From positions 6,341-70,340 of the forward strand of contig JAXDZV010000006.1 in assembly GCA_034086705.1 (NCBI GenBank): 64,000 bases of DNA, in the 5' to 3' direction. Below are positions 1-9,270 of the stretch, piece after piece. The DNA is from Eubacteriales bacterium. Lineage in GTDB: Bacteria; Bacillota; Clostridia; Oscillospirales; CAG-272. A program made the position numbers and the translations under genes. Numbering within the stretch: position 1 is the stretch's first letter; each line of letters starts with the position of its first letter. The notes beneath the pieces were generated by a model. That model saw only the letters and a program-made list of their open reading frames with translations. It was not told the origin of the DNA and ran no database searches.

Positions 1-2003
1 TGATCCCAGAGTTCTTCGTAGATATACATGCGCTGTTCTGCCTGACGCTCAATTTCACTCTTGTCTGGCTGTTGCAAAATGGCGTGGAATGCTTCGTAGT
101 GTGCATCATTGCAGTAATCCCACATTCTTTCCCATTGTGTGCCGCGATAATGCCGGCGCCAGGTTTCACTGAAGAATCCGCGTTCTTGTAGCCGGTTGCG
201 CCAATGATAATTCTCCCAGCAGGCAATGGCATCTGTGTCGTTCACAAAAGAAATCCACAAAGGGAAGGAATAGTCGTTGAGATTGTGCATGGGCTTTTGG
301 TTTTCATGGCAGACGAAAATATTGTTGTGCACGTTAATAAAGCTGCCATAGGTATGGTAGATCATACAGAAGCCGTCTTCGCGTCCGTCGATACCTTCTT
401 TGGAAATTGCGCAGTTGTCAAAGATATTGTTATAAATTTCCGGACCGACGGAGAAATCATCCACGTAAATGGCATGAATACCGAAGTCCGCCGCGCGGTT
501 TCCAATATCGTGGAAGTAATTGTTGCGGATGATAGCACCCATGACCAGCGGCGTGCGACACCAGGAGATGGCACCACAGTCATCGGCATCCAAACAAGCA
601 TGATGAATTTCATTGTTTTCAATGACCAGATCATTGCATTCAGAAGGGGCGATCAATGTCATGGCGCTGTTGTACAGGGAACATCCCCGAATTGTCGCGC
701 CGCAGCAATCCTGGACACCAACCGTTGTGGTGCCGCATTTTTTCAGTGCACTGACATCGTGAATTTCACAGTTTTCTACGGTTACTCGGCAGGGCGTCAG
801 CGTTTTGCAGTCGCCGCACTCTACCAGTTCGATTCCGTTGCACCCATTATCAAAGATGTGCAGGCTACGCAGCAGCACATCTGTACTGCGCACGACTTTG
901 AAAGAACAGTGCGAAAAATGTGCGTACGTACCGCCTTCAAAGCGAATATGACGGCTGTTGCAGACGGAGATACCGGTTTCACATCCGTATCCGAAGTCCA
1001 GATTCAGAAAATGGATGTGCCGGCACCCTTGCAGGTGCAGCATGGGTTGCCGTGTTGCGCAGATATATATTTCACTCTCCGCCGCAAAGTCCGCCGCAGG
1101 ATAAAAATAAATCTTTTTGGTATCAAAGTCAAAATAGCTTTCGCCGGGTACATCCAATTCTTCAGGAACATTGCAGAAGAAGAAGGGGCGTTTTGTCCGT
1201 TCATTTCCCCAGGCGTAACTGCCGGTTCCGCCTTTTACCGTCAGACAAGCGTTGGCGGCGTCGACTGCATCAACACGGTAAGCAGAGTCATACCAAGAGG
1301 AAAAGAGATGGCCGTAAATAAACAAACGGTCCAGTGCTTTGGCAGACCAGGTGCTGATATGCGCAGCTGTTTGCTCATCAAAATACATCCGGAAATCAGC
1401 CGTACGGGGATTCGGTCCCAGGTGTTCCATAAAGGTTGCTGTGGCGTAATTTCCGGAACGCCATGATCCGATGCTTTGATCCCGATTAGGGTAGCGAGCC
1501 GGTTCAAAACGCTTGCCGTCAACAAACAGGCAGGAATCCAACGAACGCGGCATCAAAAACATAGAATCTTCTTCGGAAAATGCAAAGTTATATTCCGACT
1601 CGAAACAAGGCGTGAGCATGTCCATGAATGCTGTGGCGTCAATCATGCGCACGCGGTTACGCGCAGCTGTTGGAATGCGATCCCGCATTTCCCCTTCCGG
1701 CACGGGTACGGCGTCTGAACCGTGCAGTACAAAGCCACCGACAAAGCGCGGTTCTTCCCCCGGATAGGCACAGTATGTGACAGGTGCTTGTTTTGATCCG
1801 CTGTCTTCTTCCGTCAAAAGCACAGCCTGCGTTTGCGCGTAAACACCACCCCGGAAATAGACAGTGACGGCGGCGCTGCTGTCTGCTTTTCGCAGAGCAC
1901 GCACGGCATCTGCGGCACCTTTAAAAGTTTGCCAGGGCTCCTGCTCTGTCCCTGCTGCGGCATCGTTGCCCCAAGGCGCAACGTATCGTTTGACTTCTTC
2001 CAT
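1..2003 (-). CDS. right-handed parallel beta-helix repeat protein (partial; 3' end lies beyond window start)
   Basis: I translated the reverse strand from ATG 2003..2001: MEEVKRYVAPWGNDAAAGTEQEPWQTFKGAADAVRAL... The frame stays open for 667 codons down to position 3. It has recurring beta-helix-type turns (VENCEIHDV, IENNEIHHA, IRNNYFHDI, IYNNIFDNC, VHNNIFVCH). It is absent from the ORF track because it has no stop in the window. The 204..1466 + ORF is its antisense shadow. Confidence 0.7.
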   Translation of the reverse strand, partial: MEEVKRYVAPWGNDAAAGTEQEPWQTFKGAADAVRALRKADSSAAVTVYFRGGVYAQTQAVLLTEEDSGSKQAPVTYCAYPGEEPRFVGGFVLHGSDAVPVPEGEMRDRIPTAARNRVRMIDATAFMDMLTPCFESEYNFAFSEEDSMFLMPRSLDSCLFVDGKRFEPARYPNRDQSIGSWRSGNYATATFMEHLGPNPRTADFRMYFDEQTAAHISTWSAKALDRLFIYGHLFSSWYDSAYRVDAVDAANACLTVKGGTGSYAWGNERTKRPFFFCNVPEELDVPGESYFDFDTKKIYFYPAADFAAESEIYICATRQPMLHLQGCRHIHFLNLDFGYGCETGISVCNSRHIRFEGGTYAHFSHCSFKVVRSTDVLLRSLHIFDNGCNGIELVECGDCKTLTPCRVTVENCEIHDVSALKKCGTTTVGVQDCCGATIRGCSLYNSAMTLIAPSECNDLVIENNEIHHACLDADDCGAISWCRTPLVMGAIIRNNYFHDIGNRAADFGIHAIYVDDFSVGPEIYNNIFDNCAISKEGIDGREDGFCMIYHTYGSFINVHNNIFVCHENQKPMHNLNDYSFPLWISFVNDTDAIACWENYHWRNRLQERGFFSETWRRHYRGTQWERMWDYCNDAHYEAFHAILQQPDKSEIERQAEQRMYIYEELWD

Positions 2004-2112
2004 GGTTTGTATTGTTATCCTTTCTGCCATATAGGTTTTTACAACGGGATCAGTTTAGCATATTCGTCAGAAAAAAGCAATCCATTTTCACCAGAATATT
2101 CCGAAAAAATAT

Positions 2113-2128
2113 TGTGAAACTATTGACA
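2113..2128. promoter_or_regulatory. CRP/FNR-type half-palindrome TGTGA-N6-TGACA overlapping the -35 of the downstream Crp/Fnr-family gene
   Basis: The sequence is TGTGAAACTATTGACA, one mismatch from TGTGA-N6-TCACA. It sits directly upstream of a Crp/Fnr-family regulator gene. Confidence 0.3.
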
Positions 2129-2151
2129 GAAAGATGTACGTCTGCTATACT
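2123..2151 (+). promoter_or_regulatory. sigma-70-type promoter
   Basis: TTGACA (2123..2128), a 17-nt spacer, then TATACT (2146..2151), about 37 nt upstream of the 2188 start. Confidence 0.5.
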
Positions 2152-2187
2152 GTTGTTGTCTCAAATGATACACTTTTCGAGGTGATT

Positions 2188-2916
2188 ATGCTAAACTGCA
2201 AAGAGAAAGCGGAGGCCTACGCAGCACTTGAGAATTGCGCATTGTTTGCCTCGCTCAATGAAAAAGAGCGGCGATTGCTGCTGCAAGCTGATGCTGTGCT
2301 ACGGGTGTATACGCGCGGGGATGTGATTTTTCGTGCGCAAGATCCGGCGCCGCAACAACTTTGCGTGTTGGTGCGTGGCAGAATTCGGGTATATCGGGAG
2401 CGGCAGGGAGACGACATTTTGCTCAACGAGTTGTGTGCGCCGGGGTTGTTTGGTGTTGCATCGTTGTCGGACGATGCACAAACCGTTCCCACGACTGTTC
2501 GCGCTTGTGAGACCGTGCGTCTTCTTTTGCTTCCGCGCAAGGCACTTGCGGCGTGTATTCGTGACAACGGCACATTCGCACTTGCGTACGTACAGTTTTT
2601 ATCGGGGCGGATTCGCTTCTTGAACGACCGTATCGCAGCATTTACGGCCGGTAGTGCCGCACAGCGCCTGGGTTCTTACCTGTGTGCGGTGCTTTCCCCC
2701 GGACAAACACGTGTGTTTTCGCGCAGTATGTTGGCACGGCAACTTGCAATGGGACGGGCTTCTTTGTACCGGGCGTTGGATGTTCTGGTGGCGCAGGGAG
2801 CCATTGAGACGGAAGGAAAGAATATACGCCTGCTGAATCGGCGTCGCTGTCTTGCTCCTGCGCAGGCAGAAGAGAGCAATGCAGTGCCGGACAGCGGTGC
2901 GGAAAAGAAAGGATGA
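2188..2916 (+). CDS. Crp/Fnr family transcriptional regulator
   Basis: Track ORF 2134..2916 trimmed to ATG 2188, which has a GAGGTG RBS. N-terminal cNMP-binding-like domain (RGDVIFRAQDP..LCVLVRGRIRVY) and C-terminal HTH (SRSMLARQLAMGRASLYRALDVLVAQGAI). Confidence 0.85.
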   Translation: MLNCKEKAEAYAALENCALFASLNEKERRLLLQADAVLRVYTRGDVIFRAQDPAPQQLCVLVRGRIRVYRERQGDDILLNELCAPGLFGVASLSDDAQTVPTTVRACETVRLLLLPRKALAACIRDNGTFALAYVQFLSGRIRFLNDRIAAFTAGSAAQRLGSYLCAVLSPGQTRVFSRSMLARQLAMGRASLYRALDVLVAQGAIETEGKNIRLLNRRRCLAPAQAEESNAVPDSGAEKKG

Positions 2917-2922
2917 AATAAC

Positions 2923-3981
2923 ATGAAACACAAACGGATCATACGGTGCATGGCACTTTTGTTGGTGCTCTTTTGTTCCCTATCTGCGGCGGTGGGCTGT
3001 ACAGACGGAACAACGCAAACGCCTTTAGAACAAATTACAACGGATGCATCGGATACACACGCAAATGCGCAAACTTCTACGCCAACCCAAGTACGTGTTG
3101 CAGCGCTGAAAGGCCCGACGGGGATGGGAATGGCAAAGCTCATGGAGGATGCGAAAACAGAAACTTTGCAAAATGCGTATGTTTTCACGGTTTCTTCCGC
3201 GCCGAGTGAACTCTCTGCTGGTATGATTCATGGCAGTTTTGATATTGCCGCTTTACCAACGAATCTTGCTGCAACGCTGTATCAAAAAACCCAGGGGCAG
3301 GTTTGTGTTGCGGCTGTTAACACCCTGGGGGTGCTGTATATTTTGGAAAACGGCAACAGCATTCAAAGCGTTGCAGATTTGCGTGGAAAGACGTTGTATG
3401 CGACGGGGCAGGCGTCAACACCGGAGTATATTCTGCGTTATGTGTTGCAGAAAAACGGACTTGACCCAGACCGGGATCTGACCATTTCGTATATGGCAGA
3501 TCATGCAGAGCTGGCAACTGCATTGGCAGCAAATACTGTTGCAATCGGTATGCTGCCTGAGCCGAATGTGACAGCTGCTATGCTGCAAAATGATGCACTG
3601 CGAATCGCACTGGATTTGACACAAGAATGGGAAAAAGCCGTACCGGGCACTACAGTTATGCAGGGATGCATTGCGGTACGCAGTGAATTTGCGCAGGCAC
3701 ACCCTGATGCGTTGCGCGAATTTTTGACGGCGTATGAGGCATCTGTCAGATTCAGCCAGGAAAATCCGGAGCAAACTGCCGCGTTGATTGAAGCAGCGGA
3801 GATTCTTCCGAAGGCTGCCATTGCCAAAAAGGCGTTGCCACAGTGCAATATCACCTATATTGCCGGCACACAGATGCAAACGCAGCTCAGTGCATTTTTA
3901 CAGGTTCTCTTTGAGGCGGAAGCCGCATCTGTCGGTGGAAAAATGCCGGACGATGCGTTTTATCTGACCAATTTGCAATGA
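2923..3981 (+). CDS. ABC transporter substrate-binding lipoprotein (NMT1/THI5-like, NitT/TauT family)
   Basis: Signal peptide with lipobox LSAAVGC. The mature domain resembles NMT1/THI5-type binding proteins. It is the first gene of an SBP-permease-ATPase operon. Confidence 0.8.
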   Translation: MKHKRIIRCMALLLVLFCSLSAAVGCTDGTTQTPLEQITTDASDTHANAQTSTPTQVRVAALKGPTGMGMAKLMEDAKTETLQNAYVFTVSSAPSELSAGMIHGSFDIAALPTNLAATLYQKTQGQVCVAAVNTLGVLYILENGNSIQSVADLRGKTLYATGQASTPEYILRYVLQKNGLDPDRDLTISYMADHAELATALAANTVAIGMLPEPNVTAAMLQNDALRIALDLTQEWEKAVPGTTVMQGCIAVRSEFAQAHPDALREFLTAYEASVRFSQENPEQTAALIEAAEILPKAAIAKKALPQCNITYIAGTQMQTQLSAFLQVLFEAEAASVGGKMPDDAFYLTNLQ

Positions 3982-4778
3982 AGAATCAGGGAAAGCGCAT
4001 AGTGCGCTACCTGCTGCCGCTGCTTGGCATTCTATTTTGGATCGTGCTGTGGGCCCTGTGTGCATGGATGGTTGACAAAGAGGTGATTTTGCCGACTCCG
4101 CTCGCAGTCTTGCGCCGACTGTGGGAACTGCTTGGCACCGCCGGTTTTTTCGGAACTGTAGCAGCATCGCTGCTGCGGATTTTGGGCGGTTTTTGCAGCG
4201 GGGCCGTGGTTGCAGCCGTACTTGGTGTACTTTGTTTTCGATTTGCTGTCATTCGCGCGTTGGTTGCACCTGCCATGACGGTGATTCGGGCAACGCCGGT
4301 TGCTTCTTTTATCATACTTGCACTGATGTTTTTGGGAAAAGAGCGCGTTCCCTGGTTGATTTGTTTTCTTATGGTTTTACCGGTTGTTTACGGTAGCGTG
4401 CAGGCAGGGCTTGCCGGGAGAGACCCACAACTGTGTGAAATGTTGCAGGTGTTTCACGTACGGCCCCTAACGCGTCTTTTTCGCTTTGACTTGCCTGCGG
4501 TTTTTCCGCATTTTGCTGCCGGTTGTCGTACCGCACTCGGTCTTGCATGGAAAGCAGGCGTTGCGGCGGAGGTTCTTTGTACCCCCCGAAGAGCCATTGG
4601 CAAAAATCTGTATGAAGCAAAGCTGTATCTGGAAACGGCAGATGTATTTGCCTGGACGATGCTGATTATTGTGCTTTCTTTGGGTCTTGAGTTGTTATTG
4701 GGGGCGCTGTTTGAGCGGCTTGCCGGAAAGCGCGGAGCTGCGGGAAAGGAAAAGGAGGCGCTCTGTGCGAAAACTTGA
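3978..4778 (+). CDS. ABC transporter permease (NitT/TauT family)
   Basis: ATGA start/stop overlap with the SBP gene. The protein is a multi-pass hydrophobic 266-aa protein typical of binding-protein-dependent permease components. Confidence 0.85.
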   Translation: MKNQGKRIVRYLLPLLGILFWIVLWALCAWMVDKEVILPTPLAVLRRLWELLGTAGFFGTVAASLLRILGGFCSGAVVAAVLGVLCFRFAVIRALVAPAMTVIRATPVASFIILALMFLGKERVPWLICFLMVLPVVYGSVQAGLAGRDPQLCEMLQVFHVRPLTRLFRFDLPAVFPHFAAGCRTALGLAWKAGVAAEVLCTPRRAIGKNLYEAKLYLETADVFAWTMLIIVLSLGLELLLGALFERLAGKRGAAGKEKEALCAKT

Positions 4779-5340
4779 AGATCTTTGTATGCGCTTTGGG
4801 GAGCACATTCTGTTTGAACGGCTGAATTTTTCTTTTCCTGCGCATGGCCTTGTGGCGGTATGTGGCCCCTCCGGAAGCGGCAAAACAACGTTGTTGCGTA
4901 TTATGGCAGGGCTGTTGCAGCCGCAGGCGGGGCGTGTACACGGTTTTGACCCTGCGGCGATATGCATGGTATTTCAGCAGCCGCGGCTTTTGCCGGCATG
5001 TAGTGCGCGGCAGAATGTAATTGCTGTGTTGGGAGAGATGCCCCGTGCGGCACGCAGGGAGCGTGCTGATGCAATGCTTTCTCTTTTCTCCGCAGCTAGT
5101 TTTGCACACAAACGCCCGGACGTGCTTTCCGGCGGAGAGCAGCAGCGTGTTGCATTGGCGCGTGCGTTTGCACCGCAGTGCAGTGTTGTTTTATTAGATG
5201 AGCCGACGGCGAGTATGGACGCACCGCTGCGTCGACAAATTACATCCGTGCTGTGCGAGCAGGCCAAAGATCGGCTGATCGTACTTGCGACGCATAGTAC
5301 GGAACAGATTGCAGTGGCAGATTACACGCTGTCGCTGTGA
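4765..5340 (+). CDS. ABC transporter ATP-binding protein
   Basis: GTG 4765 is preceded by AAAGGAGG, so the track ORF was trimmed. Walker A GPSGSGKTT, signature LSGGEQQRV, Walker B VVLLDEPT, H-loop ATHS. Confidence 0.85.
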   Translation: MRKLEDLCMRFGEHILFERLNFSFPAHGLVAVCGPSGSGKTTLLRIMAGLLQPQAGRVHGFDPAAICMVFQQPRLLPACSARQNVIAVLGEMPRAARRERADAMLSLFSAASFAHKRPDVLSGGEQQRVALARAFAPQCSVVLLDEPTASMDAPLRRQITSVLCEQAKDRLIVLATHSTEQIAVADYTLSL

Positions 5341-5344
5341 AGCT

Positions 5345-5386
5345 GCCGCGCGATTCCTTGCTGAAAGGGATTGCGCGGCGTTTTTT
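5345..5386 (+). terminator. rho-independent terminator after the ABC operon
   Basis: A 13-bp stem (GCCGCGCGATTCC / GGGATTGCGCGGC, two G-U pairs) is followed by TTTTTT. Confidence 0.7.
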
Positions 5387-5412
5387 CTTTCTCCAGAAAA
5401 AACGTTTCTCCC

Positions 5413-5441
5413 TTGCCAACGCATATCAAATTTGGTATAAT
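5413..5441 (+). promoter_or_regulatory. sigma-70-type promoter
   Basis: TTGCCA (5413..5418), a 17-nt spacer, then TATAAT (5436..5441) with a TGG extended -10. Confidence 0.55.
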
Positions 5442-5470
5442 AGCACGAGTACGGGAAGGAGGACGTGTGC

Positions 5471-6433
5471 ATGCAGCAGACAAAAAAGCCCAATCCGTTC
5501 TTATATACTGCGGGCTTTAAGCGTTACCATACATATGATTACGCACTTCGTGCGCGGTTTGGCTGCAAGGTTGCGCGTATCTCTTTGGACGCGGGCTTCA
5601 GTTGTCCCAATCGGGATGGGCGCTGCGGCACGCAGGGGTGTGCTTTCTGTTCCGGCAGGGGAAGTGGGGACTTTTGCATTGATGCAGCAGTACCGCTCGC
5701 AGAGCAATACCGTATGCAACGCGACGCATTACGGAAAAAGTGGGGCGATACACCGACCATTCCGTATTTGCAGGCATTTACGAACACCTATGCGCCGCTT
5801 GAGCGGTTGCGTGCGGTTTACGAGGAGGTACTGGCACTGCCGGGGGCAGTCGGGCTATCTATTGCAACCCGAGCAGATTGTTTGCCTCCCGATGTTTGCA
5901 AATATCTCGGTGAGCTTGCACAGCGCACGTATTTGAATGTGGAACTGGGGTTGCAGACAGCAAATGACCAAACAGCACGTCGCATCGGCAGAGGACATAC
6001 ATTGGATACGTTTTTACGTGGCTATGCAGCCTTGCAAGCGCATGGGGTGCCGACGGTGATTCATTTAATTAACGGGTTGCCCGGGGAAGATGTAGAGCAG
6101 ATGCTGCAGAGTGCACAGCTGGTAGCATCTTTGGCGCCTTACGGAGTGAAGCTGCATGTGCTGCAGCTTCTACGGGGAACGCGTTTGGCACAGGCATATG
6201 CAGTACATCCTTTTCCGATTTTGTCCATGGAAGAATATGTTGATATCGCATGCCGTCAGATGGAACTGCTTCCACCGCAGACCGTGCTGCTGCGTGTTTG
6301 TTCGGACGGGTTGCCTGCTTCTCTGGTGGCACCGAAGTGGCAGAGTCGTAAACTGGTGGTGCAGAATGAAATCGACAAATGGTGGATTCGGCATGATTCC
6401 TGGCAGGGAAAATTGTATCGTATGGGAGGATAA
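5471..6433 (+). CDS. TIGR01212-type radical SAM protein
   Basis: ATG 5471 has GGAGG 8 nt upstream. Cys cluster CPNRDGRCGTQGCAFC. The layout resembles YhcC/TIGR01212 radical SAM proteins. Confidence 0.85.
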   Translation: MQQTKKPNPFLYTAGFKRYHTYDYALRARFGCKVARISLDAGFSCPNRDGRCGTQGCAFCSGRGSGDFCIDAAVPLAEQYRMQRDALRKKWGDTPTIPYLQAFTNTYAPLERLRAVYEEVLALPGAVGLSIATRADCLPPDVCKYLGELAQRTYLNVELGLQTANDQTARRIGRGHTLDTFLRGYAALQAHGVPTVIHLINGLPGEDVEQMLQSAQLVASLAPYGVKLHVLQLLRGTRLAQAYAVHPFPILSMEEYVDIACRQMELLPPQTVLLRVCSDGLPASLVAPKWQSRKLVVQNEIDKWWIRHDSWQGKLYRMGG

Positions 6434-6436
6434 AAA

Positions 6437-6796
6437 GTGGCGGGTATTCAAATTTTCGGTAGCAAAAAATGTGCGCAAAGCCGGAAGGCACAGCGATTCC
6501 TGCGGGAACGGGGCATTCCTTTTCAATGGATAGATCTGACACAGCGCAGTTTTTCTGCCGGTGAGCTGGACAATATTTTGCGTGTTTTGGGGTCTGTTGA
6601 TGTACTGTTGGATCCGGACAAAAAGGAGTATTGTATGATTCGATATCTGACAGAACAGGGGCAGCGGGAGAAATTATTGGAGGATCCCAGCTATTGCAGA
6701 ACGCCCATTCTGCGCTGCGGTAATCGTGTTGCGGTTGGCTATGATCCGGTGTTTTTACAGGCACTTGTTGTACAAAGCAGAGAGGAGAATTTGTGA
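6437..6796 (+). CDS. ArsC/Spx/YffB family thioredoxin-fold protein
   Basis: GTG start with a GGAGGA RBS. The N-terminus IQIFGSKKCAQSRKAQRFLRERGIPFQWIDL is typical of the ArsC family. Confidence 0.75.
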   Translation: MAGIQIFGSKKCAQSRKAQRFLRERGIPFQWIDLTQRSFSAGELDNILRVLGSVDVLLDPDKKEYCMIRYLTEQGQREKLLEDPSYCRTPILRCGNRVAVGYDPVFLQALVVQSREENL

Positions 6797-8541
6797 TGAA
6801 ACAAGAGATTTGCTGTGGCGCCATCAGCGCTGTATGGGATGATCAAGCGCAGACAGTTGCTTTACAGCTGCCGGATACAGATGGCGTACCGGTTGCCGTT
6901 GCGACACTTTCTGTGCATACGGCGGTGAATCGCCTGCAACCGCATGCAGATGATCCGCTTTGCTATGACACGGTGGAAGATATTGATACACGAACGATCG
7001 ATGCTTGCTGGGACTCGGTGCATCAGACGCTGCTTGTGCGGTGTGAGAGCACAGCGTGGATGGAGAAGCAATATCGCTTTCGCTTTGCAGAGGACGGCAT
7101 TTTTGCGGATGTTACCGTGCGTGGAGAGGGCAGAGTCGGGCAGATTTGCTTTTTTGGCGGGAAACATCCGGGGGATATGTTGGGATGCTCCGACTATGAA
7201 TTCTCCGATTACTTTGTGCCGATTTCCGATTTCTTTTCCGCGGAGCACCGCTACTACAATTCTATCGAAAGTTTTCACAGTTATTTTGATTTGTTTGTAC
7301 CGCCGCTGTATATTTTTTCTTTCCACACACCGTTGGTGCCTCAGGTTCTTGGCATGGGCCTGTGTGGGCGGCAGGGAGATTGGAATTTCATACAATACGA
7401 TTATACCCTGCGCAGCAGCCGTAGCAGAAAGGGGTTTTTCCTCTCAACTGATTTTGAAGGGCACAAACTGGTAACGGGCAGCTGGACTACGCCCGCAATT
7501 CGGATTGACGCGGCGGCAGATCACATGGCTGCTGTACGGCAGTATGCAGCGTGGTTTTACGATGCAGGCATTGTGCAAAAACGTGACTATCGAAACGTAC
7601 CAAACTGGTGGTGGGGGCCGATTGCCTGTGGCTGGCGAGAACAGTATGTACTTGCCGGTGAAACCGGCGACCCGGATCAACAGGCGACAGAGAAAAACTA
7701 CCGCGCATTTGTAGATCGTCTGGAAGAGGCGGGACTGCGGCCGCGCATACTGATCATTGATGACAAATGGCAGTCGTCATACGGTTCTGCGGAAATAGAC
7801 CCGGAAAAATGGACGGATTTACGTGGATTCACGGATGATATGCATAAGCGTGGCATTCATACCCTTTTGTGGTTCAAGCTTTGGGCAGGACAAGGTCTTT
7901 CAGAGCAGGCAAAAATTTTGCAAAGTGATCCGACGCCGTACGGGAAGACAATGTCTTTTAATGAGGGGCCGTACGCGGATCCGTCCTCACCGATTTACCG
8001 CGAGAAATTGAAGCAGATAATTTATCGGCTTTTATCCGATGATCCGGGATGTGCGGGTGCAGATGGTTTTAAATTGGATTTTGCCTTCATGATGCCGCGC
8101 GGGCGGCGTGCCCGTTCGCAAAGCGGGGCATACGGCACACAGCTTTTGTTGGAATTGATGACGCTGATTTGCTCAATTGCAAAAGAGGTTAAACCGGATG
8201 CACTAATCAACTGCAGCCCGTGCCATCCAATTTTTGCGGGGATTCCGGATCAGTGCCGTCTGCATGATTATGACGATGCTATGCGTGGCTATAACGAAGA
8301 GATGCAATTTCGCCGCACACTGTTTGACATTGCTTTTCCGGGGGTCTTGATTGATACAGATTCTCCCTGCTATGGGTCAAAGCGCTCATCGATGCGTGCA
8401 GCGCTTGGACAAGCCGCATTGGGAATTCCAGATTTGTATCGTATCTCACCGGATGCACATTTCGCATATACGCCGGAAGATCTTGCCCAGATCCGCTGTG
8501 CCTGGGAGACATATCGCAAGCAACACCCCTGCGGAGAGTAA
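6796..8541 (+). CDS. putative glycoside hydrolase, alpha-galactosidase/raffinose-synthase-like TIM barrel (function tentative)
   Basis: ATG 6796 overlaps the upstream TGA by 1 nt. Motifs ILIIDDKWQ and GADGFKLDF resemble the DDGW and KxD motifs of clan GH-D enzymes. No signal peptide. Confidence 0.55.
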   Translation: MKQEICCGAISAVWDDQAQTVALQLPDTDGVPVAVATLSVHTAVNRLQPHADDPLCYDTVEDIDTRTIDACWDSVHQTLLVRCESTAWMEKQYRFRFAEDGIFADVTVRGEGRVGQICFFGGKHPGDMLGCSDYEFSDYFVPISDFFSAEHRYYNSIESFHSYFDLFVPPLYIFSFHTPLVPQVLGMGLCGRQGDWNFIQYDYTLRSSRSRKGFFLSTDFEGHKLVTGSWTTPAIRIDAAADHMAAVRQYAAWFYDAGIVQKRDYRNVPNWWWGPIACGWREQYVLAGETGDPDQQATEKNYRAFVDRLEEAGLRPRILIIDDKWQSSYGSAEIDPEKWTDLRGFTDDMHKRGIHTLLWFKLWAGQGLSEQAKILQSDPTPYGKTMSFNEGPYADPSSPIYREKLKQIIYRLLSDDPGCAGADGFKLDFAFMMPRGRRARSQSGAYGTQLLLELMTLICSIAKEVKPDALINCSPCHPIFAGIPDQCRLHDYDDAMRGYNEEMQFRRTLFDIAFPGVLIDTDSPCYGSKRSSMRAALGQAALGIPDLYRISPDAHFAYTPEDLAQIRCAWETYRKQHPCGE

Positions 8542-8558
8542 AAATTTTCGAAAAACTA

Positions 8559-8588
8559 TTGACAGAACGGGGATATTTCCGTTATAAT
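8559..8588 (+). promoter_or_regulatory. sigma-70-type promoter of the rpmH operon
   Basis: TTGACA (8559..8564), an 18-nt spacer, then TATAAT (8583..8588). Confidence 0.6.
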
Positions 8589-8688
8589 AGGTAGCAATGT
8601 GCGTGTCCCCTGATTTTGCATTGCCTAGATGAATATGCAGTGCTTGATTGATGGATAGATTGAGAATCGATAAGAGGAGGTGTGCGGA

Positions 8689-8823
8689 ATGCTTAGAACA
8701 TATCAGCCTAAAAAGCGCCAAAGAAAAGTAGAACACGGCTTCAGAAAAAGAATGAGGACTGCCAACGGCAGAAAGGTTTTGAAAAGAAGACGTGCAAAAG
8801 GCAGAGTTAGACTCACCTACTAA
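8689..8823 (+). CDS. rpmH: 50S ribosomal protein L34
   Basis: A 44-aa ORF, below the track's size cut-off: [54 protein letters not shown] upstream. Confidence 0.95.
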   Translation: MLRTYQPKKRQRKVEHGFRKRMRTANGRKVLKRRRAKGRVRLTY

Positions 8824-8836
8824 GTTACCTTGCGAG

Positions 8837-8870
8837 AAGCCCGTGCTGCAAAGCCATGGGCTTTCGTTTT
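8837..8870 (+). terminator. weak hairpin/attenuator between rpmH and rnpA
   Basis: AAGCCC...GGGCTT stem followed by a T-rich TCGTTTT. The stem is short. Confidence 0.3.
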
Positions 8871-8886
8871 ACGGATTTGAGGAACC

Positions 8887-9270
8887 ATGAAATTCAAGGC
8901 GATCTGTGAAAATCATTTGTACGCAAAGGCTTATGCCAAAGGGCAAAAGCAAGTGATGACGACTGTGGTGGTCTACGTTTTGCGTGATTATAAGGCGGGG
9001 CTGTTGCAAAAACAGCATCCCCAGAAAAAGCGGATCAACCGCATCGGTCTGACAGTGACGAAAAAGCTCGGCAGCGCGGTACAGCGCAATCGAGTTAAGC
9101 GCATTCTCCGGGAAGGATATCGTGCACTGGAGAAAAAGACGCCGGTCAAAAAAGGTTATTTGATTGTTTTGGCAGCACGGCACGCTGCTTTGCGTGCAAA
9201 GTCAACGCAAATTGAGCAAGATCTAAGCAAGGCGTTTTCCGCTATGGGGATGTTGGGGCTTACAAAATGA
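8887..9270 (+). CDS. rnpA: ribonuclease P protein component
   Basis: Position after rpmH. Motifs RIGLTVTKKLGSAVQRNRVKRILRE and GYLIVLAAR are typical of RnpA. Confidence 0.93.
   Translation: MKFKAICENHLYAKAYAKGQKQVMTTVVVYVLRDYKAGLLQKQHPQKKRINRIGLTVTKKLGSAVQRNRVKRILREGYRALEKKTPVKKGYLIVLAARHAALRAKSTQIEQDLSKAFSAMGMLGLTK

Noticed and set aside
204-1466. A 420-aa + strand ORF, the longest track ORF in the first 2 kb.
   Set aside because: It is the antisense shadow of the open minus-strand beta-helix gene (1..2003). Its composition (V/I/A/G/R-rich, no recognisable domain) is typical of antisense translation.
4450-4465. The half parS TGTTTCACGT followed by ACGGCC, inside the ABC permease gene.
   Set aside because: Only the left half-site matches and the palindrome is broken.
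8553-8567. The 15-nt identity AAACTATTGACAGAA shared by the promoters at 2114..2128 and 8553..8567.
   Set aside because: It comprises the -35 hexamer plus an A/T-rich upstream element. A single 15-mer coincidence between two sites in 64 kb (both strands) is not statistically compelling.
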